A DNA stretch of 64,000 nucleotides from Malacoraja senta (lineage: Eukaryota). The notes beneath the pieces are model-generated. The model saw nothing but the letters and a program-made list of their open reading frames with translations, made no database searches and was not told the DNA's origin. The first letter of the stretch is position 1. Every line of letters starts with the position of its first letter. Position numbers and translations under genes: made by a program. The DNA is taken from the NCBI GenBank assembly GCA_038087875.1, contig JAXLNO010000110.1, positions 682,001 through 746,000 on the forward strand. Reading direction: 5' to 3'. Below are positions 13,076-24,800 of this stretch, one piece after another.

Positions 13076-15190
13076 GTGACATCAACCGCCTCAACTTCTC
13101 CACTCCCCTGTCTCACTCCAATCTCTCCCCCCCCTGAACGCACTGCCATCGACTCACTCCGCAACAACCTAGATTGGGTTATCAAACCCGCCGACAAGGG
13201 AGGTGCCGTGGTAGTCTGGCGCGTCGATCTCTACAAAGCTGAGGCCACGCGCCAACTCTCGGACACCTCCTCCTACTTACTCCTGGACCATGACCCCACT
13301 GACGAGCACCAGGCCACCATCTCCAGCACCATCACCGACTTCATCCACTCCCACGCCCTGCCTGAACGAGCCTCCAACCTCATCGTTCCCCAGCCCCGCA
13401 CAGCCCGCTTTTACCTTCTCCCCAAAATCCACAAACCTGACTGTCCCGGTAGACCCATTGTCTCTGCCTGTTCTTGCCCCACCGAACTCATCTCCACCTA
13501 CCTCGACTCCATCCTATCCCCCTTGGTTAAATCCCTCCCTACCTATGTTCAAGACACCTCAGACACTCTCCGTCATCTCCGCGCATTCCACTCTCTAGGC
13601 CCTCACCCCCTCATCTTCACCATGGACGTCCAGTCACTGTACACCTCCATCCCCCACCAGGATGGTCTCGAAGCCTCCGTTTTTCCTCGACCGTAGAAGC
13701 AATCTATACCCGGCCACTGACACCCTCCTCCGCCTAGCGGAGCTGGTACTTACACTTAATAACTTTTCATTTGACTCCCATTTCCTCCAAATACAAGGCG
13801 TAGCTATGGGCACACGCATGGGCCCCAGCTACGCCTGCCTCTTTGTCGGGTACGTAGAACAATCCTTGTTCAATGCGTACCAGGGCCCCATCCCCGACCT
13901 CTACCTCCGCTACATCGATGATTGTTTTGGTGCCACATCCTGCACCCACACACAACTGACTGACTTCATCCGCTTCACCACCAACTTCCATCCGGCACTC
14001 AAATACACCTGGACCATTTCCGACACTTCCCCTACCATTCCTGACCTCACTATCTCCATCGCAGGTGATAGACTCCTTACCGACATCCACTACAAACCTG
14101 CCGACTCCCATGGCTATCTGGACTACACTTCTTCCCACCCTGCTTCCTGTGAGGACTCCATCCCCCACTCCCAATTCCTCCGTCTACGCCGCATCTGCTC
14201 CCAGGATGAGGCGTTCCACACCAGGGCATCTGAAATGTCCTCATTCTTCAGGGAACGGGGGTTCCCCTCCTCCACCACAGATGAGGCTCGCACCAGGGTC
14301 TCTGCCATACCCCGCAACACTGCTCTCTCTCCCCATCCCCCCACTCACAACAAAGGCAGAGTCCCCCTAGTCCTCACCTTTCACCCCACCAGCCGTCACA
14401 TACAACAAGTGATCCTCCGTCAGTTTCGCCACCTCCAACGTGACCCCACCACTCGCTACATCTTCCCATCTCCCCCCATGTCTGCCTTCCGCAAAGACCG
14501 CTCCCTCCGTAACTCCCTTGTCAATTCTTCCCTTCCCTCCCATACCACCCCCTCCCCTGGTACTTTCCCTTGCAACCGCAAGAGATGCAACACTTGTCCC
14601 TTCACCTCCCCCCTCCACTCCATTCAAGGACCCAAGCAGTCGTTCCAGGTGCGACAGAGGTTCACCTGCATCTCCTCCAACCTCATCTATTGCATTCGCT
14701 GCTCTAGATGCCAGCTGATCTACATCGGTGAGACCAAGCGGAGGCTTGGCGATCGTTTCGCCGAACACCTCCGGTCGGTCCGCAATAACCAACCTGAACT
14801 CCCGGTGGCTCAGCACTTCAACTCCCCCTCCCATTCCGTATCTGACCTCTCTGTCCTGGGTCTCCTCCATGGCCACAGCGAGCAACACCGTAAATTGGAG
14901 GAAATGCACCTCATATTCTGCTTGGGCAGTCTACATCCTGGTGGCCTGAACATTGAATTCTCCCAATTCTGCTAGCCCTTGCTGTCCCTTCCCCTTCATC
15001 AGCCATCTGGTTGTCTCCTCCCCTCCCCCAGCCCTCGGGCTCCTCCTCCGCCTTTTTCCTTTTTTCCTTTCTTCTCCCCACCCCCTATCAGTCTGAAGAA
15101 GGGTTTCGGCCCGAAACGTTACCTATTTCCTTCGCTCCATAGATGCTGCTGCACCCGCTGAGTTTCTCCAGCATTTTTGTGTACCTTTTA
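13076..15190 (+). mobile_element. Penelope-like retroelement, 5'-truncated (RT + GIY-YIG endonuclease, probably Neptune-type)
   Basis: ORFs 13076-13696 and 13662-14975 are joined by one frameshift. Motifs: IKPADKGG, GVAMGT, YLRYIDD, Cys linker CNRKRCNTC, NLIYCIRCSRCQLIYIGETKR. The 3' UTR ends in a hammerhead-like motif. Confidence 0.93.
15093..15120 (+). ncRNA. Minimal hammerhead ribozyme motif (variant with UUCG loop, GUU triplet)
   Basis: CTGAAGA-A-GGGT(TTCG)GCCC-GAAA-CG-TT at the 3' end of the PLE. Stem II is retained despite substitutions. Confidence 0.72.
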
Positions 15191-16804
15191 CATTTACTAA
15201 GCTGATTTACCTACATATCGGTACATCTTTGGAGTGTGGGTTTGATAGGCAGAGAAGGGCTTGGGGTGAAAAGGAGACAAAATTGTATTTGATAAGAAGA
15301 GGAGTGAAATGTTTAAATCGGATGAATATGGGTGGAAGGGGACAAGACTTTAGAAATACAGCGTGGAATCAAGCCTTCAGCCCACCAAGTCCACGCCAAC
15401 CAGTGATCACCCATACACTAGCACTATCCTACACACTTGGGACAATTAGCCTTTTTATTTACTGAAGCCAATTAACCCACAAACCTGCACGTCTTTGGAG
15501 CGTGGGAGGAAACCGGAGCACCCGGAAAAAACCCACACGTCCACAGGGAGAACGTGCAAACTCCGTACAGTCAGCACCCGTGGTCAGGATTGAACCCCAG
15601 TCTCTCACGCTGTGAGGCAGCAACTCTTGCTACACCAATGTGCCGCCCCATGAAGGGCAGGTTAGGAGGAGAAGTAGGTAAACACTAAGGTATGGGGACA
15701 TGGGAAAGAGAGAAGGAAATGGTGGTGTTCCTTAAAATTGATGTTTATACCGTGGGGTTATAAAAGCATGAGGTGCTGTTCCTCCCTTTTGCTCTGGCCT
15801 TACTCTGGCAATGGAGAAGGCCAAGGACAGAAAGGTCAGTGTTAGAATGGCAAGGGGAGTTAAAATGATTAGCAACCTGGAGATCCAGCAGGCCTTGAGT
15901 TCAAATGTTTGGCAAAAACCAGAAACCTTTATTCATGGCAGAGATGTCTAAGACCAGAAGACATGGATTTAATGTCGACGTAGGAAATACAGAGGGCATC
16001 AGAGGGTGGGTAAAATCTTAAATGTTGTGGAAGGCAGAGACTCGCATAATTTGAGCTGCTTTGGACAAGCAGTTGAATTGTTAAGGCAGGCTAGTTTAGC
16101 TTAGTACATTGTCACGTGCACTGAGGTATAGTGAAACGTTTTTGTTGTGTGCTAACCAGTCAACATAAAGACGACATGATTACAATCGAGCCGTCCAGTG
16201 TCCGAGGTAGATGGTAGATCGGGACTGCTCTCTCGCTGCTAATGGGATAGTTCCTGGTCGATTGTAGACCGAGTGCTGTAAATGGTGTTAGTGAGGATAG
16301 GTACGATGTGACTGTCTGTTACTTCATGATGCTTAGCTCTGGGGAACACAGTTACCGTGGGGTGCAATAGTTCAGCGCTGTTGTGTATAGAACTACACCA
16401 TGGTGGAGTTGGGCTGTAATTTGTGTTATTTGCATGCTATTAAGTTTGGACGGATGAAGGGGAACCTCATTGAAACTTACCCAATAATTAAAGATTTGGA
16501 TGGAGTAAATGTACAGAGGAGTTTCCCACTAGTGGGAGAGCCCAGGAACAGAGGCCATAGCCTGTGAATAAAAAGTATGTATCTTTAGGAAGGAGATGAG
16601 GTGGAATTCTTTAGTCATAGGGTAATGAATCTGTGGAATTCATTGCCACAGACGGCTGTGGAGGCCAAGTCAATGATATCTTTAAGACGAAGATTGACAG
16701 GTTCTTAATTAGTACGTGTGTCGGAGGTTATGGGGGCAAGGCAGGAGAATGGGGTTGAGAGGGAAAGATAGATCATTGAATGGCAGTGGACTTGATGGGC
16801 CGAA

Positions 16805-17280
16805 TGGCTTTTTCCACCCATATCCCTTGCTTTTTCCCCATATCCCTTGATTCCATTAGCCCCAAGTGCTAAATCTAACTCTCTCTGAAAACATCCAGTG
16901 AAATGCCCTCCACTGCCTTCTGTGACAGAGAATTCCATAGATTCACAACTCTCTGGGTGAAAAGGTTTTTCCTCACCACAGTCCTAAAAGGCTTGCCACT
17001 TATTCTTAAACTGTGACCCCTGGTTCTGGACTCCCCAACATCGGGAACATTTTTCCTTCATCTGCCAGTCCAATCCCTTAAGAATTTTATAAGTTTCTAT
17101 AAGATCCCCTCTCAACCTTCTAAATTCCAGTGAAGACAAGCCCAGTCGACTCATTTTTCATCATATGTCAGTCCCGCCATTCTGGGAATTAACCTGGTGA
17201 GCCTTCGCTGTACTCCCTCAAAAGCAAGAATGTCCTTCCTCAAATTTGGGAGACCAAAACTGCACACAATACTCCAGGTG
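16805..17280 (-). mobile_element. CR1 LINE 3' fragment
   Basis: Reverse complement of the CR1 RT C-terminus. Confidence 0.82.
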
Positions 17281-19329
17281 TTCGATCCTGACTACGAGTT
17301 CTGTCTGTACAGAGTTTGTACGTTCTCCTCTTGACCTGCGTGACTTTTCTCCGAGATCTTCGGTTTCCTCCCACACTCCAAAGACATACATGTTTGTAGG
17401 TTTATTGCTTGGTAAAACTGTAAATTGTCCCTAGTGTGTGTAGGATTGTGCTAATGTGCGGGGGTCTATGTGGACTCGGTGGGCCAAAGAGCCTGTTTCT
17501 GCGTTGTATCTCTGAACTAAAACTAATGGGAGAGTCTGGGAGTAATGGAGAATTTCTTTATAGTCAGCGGGTGGTGAATCTGTAGAATTCCTTGGCTGTG
17601 GAGGCCAAGTCAATGGATATTTTTATAAGGCAGAGATAGATAGATTCTTGATTACTACGGGTGCCAGATGTTATGGGAAAGTAGGAGAATGAGGTTGAGA
17701 GGGAAAGATAGATCAGCCATGATTGAATGGCGGAGTACACTTGATGGGCCGAATGGCCGAATTCTGCTGCTAAAACTTATGAACTTGCAGGGATATGATG
17801 TCCATCTCTTGCCCTGTTACGTCCATCTTCATGGGTGTCACTTATTCTGTTAGACATATGTCACGGAATCTGGCACCTCAACCCACCATGCAAACTACCA
17901 TGGGGCCACCTATAGTAATCCCTTTACCACCACCTTTTGTGCCTGGGTAATTCAATTCTCGTCCAGATAAAATCATAGTTTCATGGCAGAAACAGGCTCT
18001 TCAGCCCAACTTATCCATGCCGACCAAGATGCTACATCCAAGTACTGATTTAGGATGATCAGCCATGATCACAGTGAATGGCGGTGCTGGCTCGAAGGGC
18101 CGAATGGCCTGCTCCTTTTCTATTTTGTGTCCCATTTGCCTGCATTTGGCCCATATCCTTCCAAATCTTTTCTCCATGTTCATGTCCAAGTGTCTTTCAG
18201 ATTTTGTAATCGTACCTGTCTCAACTACCTCCTCTGGTAGTTCATATACCCACTGCCCTCTGAATGAAAAGTTCCCCCTCAAGTTACTATTAAATCTTTC
18301 CCCTCTCAACCAATGTCCTCTGGTTCTTGCTTCCCCTATCCCTGGTAGAAGTGTATTCACTCTTATCAGTTCCCCTCGTGATTTTATACACCTCTATAAG
18401 ATTGCCCCTCGGCCTCCTGCTCTCCAAGGGATAAAGCCCTAGCCTGCCCAACCTCTCCCCATACCTCAGGCCTCGAGTCCTGGGAACATCCTCGTAAATA
18501 TTCTCCGCACTCTTTCTAGCTTAACGTCATCTTCTTATAGCAGGGTGACCAAAACTGAACACAGTAAATGTCTGGAGTACCTGCTGCCACCTTAGATTCA
18601 GGCACTTTAGATTCCTACTGTACTCGAGGAGACAATGACCCATCCAACATTAAAGGCAGCACGGTGGCGCAGAGATAGAGTCGCTGCCTCACAACGCCAG
18701 GACCTGGTTCCATCCTGACAGTTTGTACCTTCTCCCCGTGACCGCATGGCTTTTCTCCGGGTGTTCTGGTTTCCTCCCGCATTCCAAAGGCGTACGGGTT
18801 AGTAGGTTAATTGGCTCAGGCAAAAATTGTAAAGTATCCTAGTGTTTAGGATTGTGATACGGGGTGATCGCTGGTTCGCGCAGACTCGGTGTGCCGATGA
18901 GTCTGTTTCGGCACTGTATCTCTAGGCTAAACTAAACACCATTCTTATGTTTTCCCTGTGGGTTTATCCCGGGTGCTCTGATTTCCTCCCACATTCCAAA
19001 CACGTGCAGGTTTGTAGGTGAAATTTCCTCTGTAAATAGTTCCGCGTGTGTAGGATAAGTTCATAAGTTCATTTATTGTCACATACACCAATTGGTGTAG
19101 TGAAATTCACTGGCCAGGTCAGTCATACAATTAAAAAAAGCAACAGACTCAGAAAACACATTTTGACATAAACATCCATCGCAGTGACTCCTACACATTC
19201 ATCACTGTGATGGAAGGCGAAAATAAAAGTTCCAAGTCCTTCCCTAGAACTAATGATTGCTGGTTGGCGTGGACTCAGTGGGCCGATAGATCTGTTTCCA
19301 AGTTGAATCTCTAAACTAAACGTAACGTA

Positions 19330-20915
19330 GTGGGTCAGGCAGCATCTCTGGAGGAAAGGACAGGTGACATCTTGGGATGGAACCCATCTTCAGATTGAAG
19401 GATAAAGAGGGCCAGAACATAACAGGGTCGGCAACAGGTGACCTCAGGAAGGGTGGAGTCGTTAATGGCGCATTGTTGGCTGGGGAAGATGTGCTAACAG
19501 CAGGGATACAAGGATGCAAACAGTGGAACAAGTAGGACGACTAGGGGGAGGGATGGGAGGAAGTCAACATTCATTACCACTGGGTTGTAAGCAGCCACAG
19601 GGAAACATGAGGTGATGTCCAATATGATGTGAGTAAACCAGGGGGAACGGTCTCTGTGGAAAGTGGAAGGGGGTGGAGATGGGAAGATGTGATAAGATCG
19701 TGGTAAGATCCCGTTGCCAGTCATAGAGTGATACAGTGTGGAAACGGACCCTTCAGCCTAACTTGTCCACACCGGCCAACATGTCCAGCTACGTTTGTCC
19801 CACCCGCCCGCATTTGGTCCATATCCCTCCAAACCGGTCCCATCCATGTACCTGTCTAACCGTTTCTTCAATATTGAGATAGTCCCAGACTCGACTTCCT
19901 CCTCTGGCAGCTCGTTCCATACACCCACCACCTTTTGTGTGCAAAAGTCACCCCTCAGATTCCCATTAATTTTTTCCCCTCCACCTTAAACCTATGTCCT
20001 CTGGTCCTCAATTCACCTACGCTGGGCAAGAGACTCTGTGCGTGCGTCTAGGTGGAGAAATGTTGGAGGATTATGTGTTGCATGCCAGTGCTTCTTAAAC
20101 TATTTCTGTGTCATTCACCCTTGCGTCTTACCACAAAATGTTGTTCACCCTCGACTACATTTGCGTCTTATTCTCCTTTGTGTATAATTTTATAAATAAT
20201 TTATTTTGTCACATGAGCAAAAAACATAAACTAACTAATTTCTTAAGTGTTTATTTTATTCAACATTTGAACATCCTAAAAATATGTAAAGAAAAAAGTT
20301 TAATTACCACTGGAGTTGAAAATCATTCTATTTGAATGATTAAAAACACTAAACACTGGCTTCAGCCCTATCATACCCTTTTGGGCTTTGATTACTGCAT
20401 TATTTTCTTGGAAAACTAGCTCAAAAAACCATGGTCGTCCCTAAAAGGTTATTACATTCAATTTGGGAAATATCCTGCTACTTTGAAATTAAAAAGCGAA
20501 TAGGTAGAGAGAAAAAACATCAGATTTCCAGCTCCACTGCCATTAAAACCAATAAGAGTTTACTTACCACTTTAATGACAATGCCTTTTTTAAATATATA
20601 AATATCTGAATAAATTAAGTAATTTGCCCTTCATTCACCCCTCTAGTTTCATTCACCCAAAATAATTCCATTCACCCTTGGGTGAACCATTCACCAGTTA
20701 AGAAGCAGTGCAGTATGCGACGGCTGATGGGGTAAAAGCTGAGGGCTAGGGTGGACTCTGCTTGTGACTGGGGTAAGGGGGAGCAAGAGCAGGACTCCGG
20801 GATTAGAGAGGAGTCGTGTCAGGGCCTCATCTATGTTAGAAGAGGGGAAACCCGTTTGCTAAAGAATGAGGACATCTCAGGTGTCATGTATAGGCGCAGA
20901 TGCGGCGTAGACTGC
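19330..20915 (-). mobile_element. Fragmented Penelope-like element interrupted by a CR1 piece (~19720-20045) and a MITE (20086-20710)
   Basis: Segments are reverse-complement similar to ~53740-54030 and to the PLE tail. Confidence 0.65.
20086..20710. mobile_element. hAT-type MITE
   Basis: TIRs cagtgcttcttaaact / agttaagaagcagtg; decayed 8-bp TSD (ttgcatgc / cagtatgc); sits inside a PLE fragment. Confidence 0.72.
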
Positions 20916-21054
20916 ACGATGTTGTCATAAGTGAGCGGGTGATCGCTAGTTGGTGTGGGCCAAAGAGCCTGTTGTCATGCTGTCTTTCAATCAACCTTGA
21001 TGAACCCTTTCATATTGTAAATTTGGGTTGAATTGTAATGTGTGACCTGACCCT

Positions 21055-21242
21055 TGTCAATTAGAGCTCCGCGAATTAGAGCTCGTGAATCGGGGTCTCG
21101 CGGATCAGGAGATCGCGAATCGGGAGCCTCGCGAATCGGGGGCTCGGCGGATCAGGAGGATCGTCAATTAGAGCTTGCGAATGGGAGCTTGTGAATTGGA
21201 GCTCATGAATTGGGAGCTTGTGAATGGGGATGCTGTGAATCG
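21055..21242. repeat. ~14-15-bp minisatellite (gcgaatcgggagctc-like)
   Basis: About a dozen degenerate units ending just upstream of the exon acceptor at 21270. Confidence 0.85.
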
Positions 21243-21270
21243 CACGTCATGCATGTGCTTTTGTTTGTAG

Positions 21271-21486
21271 TTTGGGGCAACCCATTCACAGCCCTGGGTG
21301 GAGGCTCGGACAGCAACGCCCAGCCATCTCGGACCGAGAACAGGGAGCCTTTGCCCAACCCCTGGGTACCAACATCGCCCTCGTCTCCAGCCGCCAGCAC
21401 CACCAGCGAGGGAGGCAATGGCAGCACCCAGACCAGCGCACCCGTGTCCAATCCCTTCAGCATCAACTCAGGGAGCTTAGGAAACG
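21271..21486 (+). CDS. UBQLN4: Ubiquilin-4 exon, with apparent 1-nt deletion at its 5' end
   Basis: tgtAG|TTTGGGGCAACCC... G|gtaggt. Encodes (FG)[30 protein letters not shown]...[13 protein letters not shown]. Length is 216 nt where the flanking phases require 3n+1. Confidence 0.9.
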
Positions 21487-22729
21487 GTAGGTATCTCACA
21501 CTGTGTAGGAAGGAACTGCAGATGCTGGTGTATACTGAAGATAGACACAAAATGCTGGAGTAACTCAGCGGGACAGGCAGCATCTCTGGGAGAAGGAGTG
21601 GGTGACGTTTCGGGTCGAGACCCTTCCGACCTTCTCTCTAGAGATGTTGGAGAGTTACTACAGCATTTTGTGTCGATCTTCGATTTAAAACCAGCATCTA
21701 CAGTTCTTTTCTACTCAATGCTCATGCTGATAAGTCTACGTATCTCTGCTGCTGGGCTGCCCCACTATGTGGGCAGTGTGTGTTGTGTGTGTGCGTGTGC
21801 ACACAGGAGAAATGAACGGCCGGAGAAAATGTGTGTTGATTGCAAACTGGGGCATTGTAACCTTTTCCCCTTGGGAGCTGGTGCCAGGAACAGCACAGGT
21901 TAGGTACAGAGTTGGGACAGCAGGGTGTGTTCAATAGTGTTTATCTGCCACATATGCAAACTGCACAGTGACATTCTACTTTTACAACATGCGGACGCCG
22001 CTATTATTCAAACTCCAGTCCAGTCGGCCCACTTACTCCATGTACTTGCACAGTTCTCGTGAACCGGCGTCCCTCTCCTCTCCTCGCCCGGCCATCTTGT
22101 GACACGTGTGGCGCCTCCTGCAGTCGACCTTGAAGGCACTGTTCACCCTCATACCGGCACGGTCTAGTTGCTGCCTCACAGCGCCAGAGGCCAGGTCGAT
22201 CCTGATGATGGGTGCTGTCTGTTCGGAGTTTGTACGTCTCCCCGTGACCTGCGTGGGTTATCTCCGGTTTCCGCCCACACTCCAAAGACGTGCAGGTTTG
22301 TAGGCTACTTGGTATAACTGTAAATTGTCTCTAGTGTGTGTAGGATGGTATTAATGTTCGGGATTGCTGGACGACGCGGATTCGATGGGCCGAAGGGCCT
22401 GTTTTCGCGCTGTATCACTAAACTAAAAAAATTAGTGACTGGCCCGCTCCTAGCGTCCGACGTCTCCGGCTCCCTCCAGTGTGTACGTCCTGCACTGTTT
22501 CCATGCACAGTGCAGACAGAGAGCTTAGCTCCCCATACACACTCCAGGGCAAGAACAGGTTAGACACAGAGTAAAGCTCTCTCCACTCTGTCCCGCTGCA
22601 CATACTCAGGGGAGGGACAGCACAGGGCAGGGACAGAGATAGATTCATAAAGTTACACACAGTGAAGCTCCCTCCACTCTGTCACAATGTGCACCCTCGG
22701 GCAGTACAGACAGAGACAGTGAAAATCCC

Positions 22730-22900
22730 CCCACGCTGACACAGTGCCCCCCCCCCCCCCCCCACACTGACACAGAGAAACCCCCTCCACACTGACACAG
22801 AGAACCCCCCTCCACACTGACACAGTGAACCCCCCCCACACACACTGACACAGTGAACCCACCCCACACTGACAATGAACCCCCCCACACTGACACAGTG
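22730..22900. repeat. ~19-bp minisatellite (cccccacactgacacagtgaa-like)
   Basis: Visible tandem units. Confidence 0.85.
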
Positions 22901-22946
22901 GTTCTCCTGCCACTATGATCCTGCTGCGTACTCTCAGGGCAGGGAC

Positions 22947-23620
22947 GTTTTTTTTGTTTTCTTCCTTCTTAACACTTCATTCAGTAATTGCATATTTCAG
23001 TGTACCAGAAGGTACAAAGACTTTCAATGGTCACATTACATCAGGCAATCATTATAATACAATGGTGGCATCTTTATCTACAATGCTCTCGACCCCCGGC
23101 GGCGACCAGCGTTCACGGAAGGCCTCCAGAGTCCCCGTGGACACCGTGTGTTCCCTCTCCAGGGTCCGTAGACCCGGCGGAGGGGCAGGTAGCCGACTCT
23201 GGTGTGACCCTCGACCGCACGCTGCCTGGACCCGAGAATGGCCATCTTGGCCAGGCCCAGGAGCAAACCGACAGGGAGTTCCCACCCCTCTGACCCCCAC
23301 CCACCCTCCCCACTCCCTGCCTTGTGCCCAAATATTAAAATCGTGGGATTAAAATGCAACCAAAACTTGAGGAGCAGCCCCTTCCGATATTCATACTCAA
23401 CCTTCAGATATTCAACCTCTCACACTCCTTATACACGTGGAACACGGTCTATACCTCGCCGCAGAACTTACAGGCGGCTGGCGAGTCCATGAACCGACTT
23501 AAATATTTATTACACACCCAGCTCTGTGCAACACTCTCCACCCCAGGTCCCCGATGTAAAGGGGGAGGACTCCCTTGTAGAGAGACCACCTCTGGGACCA
23601 CTCCCGCTGTCGGGTGGTAA
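22947..23620 (-). mobile_element. Tx1-clade (L1-like) non-LTR retrotransposon 3' end
   Basis: Minus-strand CCHC-like CKFCGEV*TVFHVYKEC, HFNPTILIFG, LLLGLAKMAI and LEAFRERW; A-rich tail; 12-bp TSD cagggcagggac at 22935-22946 and 23621-23632. Confidence 0.8.
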
Positions 23621-23624
23621 CAGG

Positions 23625-23980
23625 GCAGGGACAGAGCAGACAGACACAGTGAAGATCCCTCTATACTGTCCCAATGTACACACTCCCAGCCAGGGACAGC
23701 GCAGACAGACACAGTGAAGATCCCTCTATACTGTCCCAATGTACACACTCCCAGCCAGGGACAGCGCAGACAGACACAGTGAAGATCCCTCTATATTGTC
23801 CCAATGTACACACTCCCAGCCAGGGACAGCACAGAGAGACACAGTGAAGATCCCTCTATATTGTCCCAATGTACACACTCCCAGCCAGGGACAGCACAGA
23901 GAGACACAGTGAAGATCCCTCTATACTGTCCCAATGTACACACTCCCAGCCAGGGACAGCACAGAGAGACACAGTGAAGC
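23625..23980. repeat. 65-bp tandem repeat, ~5.4 copies
   Basis: The gaag(a/c) motif recurs at 23651, 23716, 23781, 23846, 23911 and 23976 (period 65). Confidence 0.95.
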
Positions 23981-24800
23981 TCTGAGGAAAAGTAGATTGA
24001 ATGTTGGTACCTGAGATCTGGGTTGGGCCGGGGCTGGGAGGTGTGGGAGCCATGAGCTACAAGAAGCCTGAGGTCATTTGTGCTGGGCCCGAGCTAATCC
24101 TGGAATCTTGTTTATCTAACTCTATGTATGCCCCCTGGCCTGGGTGTGTGTGACGGGACAGTGTGGAGCTCATGGATCTTGCTTATCTAGCTCTGTCCCT
24201 GCCCTGAGCATGTGCAGCGGTACAGAGAGGAGGGAGTTTTACTCTGTGTCTAACGTGTTTTTGCCCTGGGAGAGTCTGCGGGGAGCTCACCTCTGCGTCT
24301 GCACAGAGCCTGGAAATATGAGATGGACCAGAGGAGAACGTACATACACTGCTACCCTAACTCTGTCAGCCGCCAGCTCTCCCCCTCCCCGCACCCCCTA
24401 CTTTCAGTCTGAAGATGTTGTCCCAACAAGAAACATCACCGAACCGTTTTTTCCAGAGATGCTGCCTGACCTGCTGAGGTACTCCAGCACTTGTGTCTAT
24501 CTACAGTAAAGTTCCCTCCACTCTCTCCCGACACACTCCTACACTGTCATCACACTCCCAGTGCAGGGAATCAAGGGATATGGGGAGAAAGTAGGAACGG
24601 GGTACTGATTCTCGATGATCAGCTGTGATCATATTGAATGGCGGTGCTCGCTCGAAGGGCTGAATGGCCTACTCCTGAACCTATTTTCTATGTTTCTACA
24701 ATGTGGGTCAGGCACAGTGAAGCTCCCTCTACACTGTCCCGACACACTGCCAGAGCAGGGACAGTGCGGGTCAGACACAGTGAAACTCCCTCTACACTGT

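Noticed and set aside
21487..21496. Alternative donor at 21491 rescuing the frameshifted exon
   Set aside because: The length would fit (220 nt), but the shifted frame hits TAG at 21478-21480 first.
23625..23980. V(D)J recombination signal sequences (CACAGTG heptamer in each unit)
   Set aside because: No ACAAAAACC-like nonamer at 12- or 23-bp spacing and no Ig/TCR segments.
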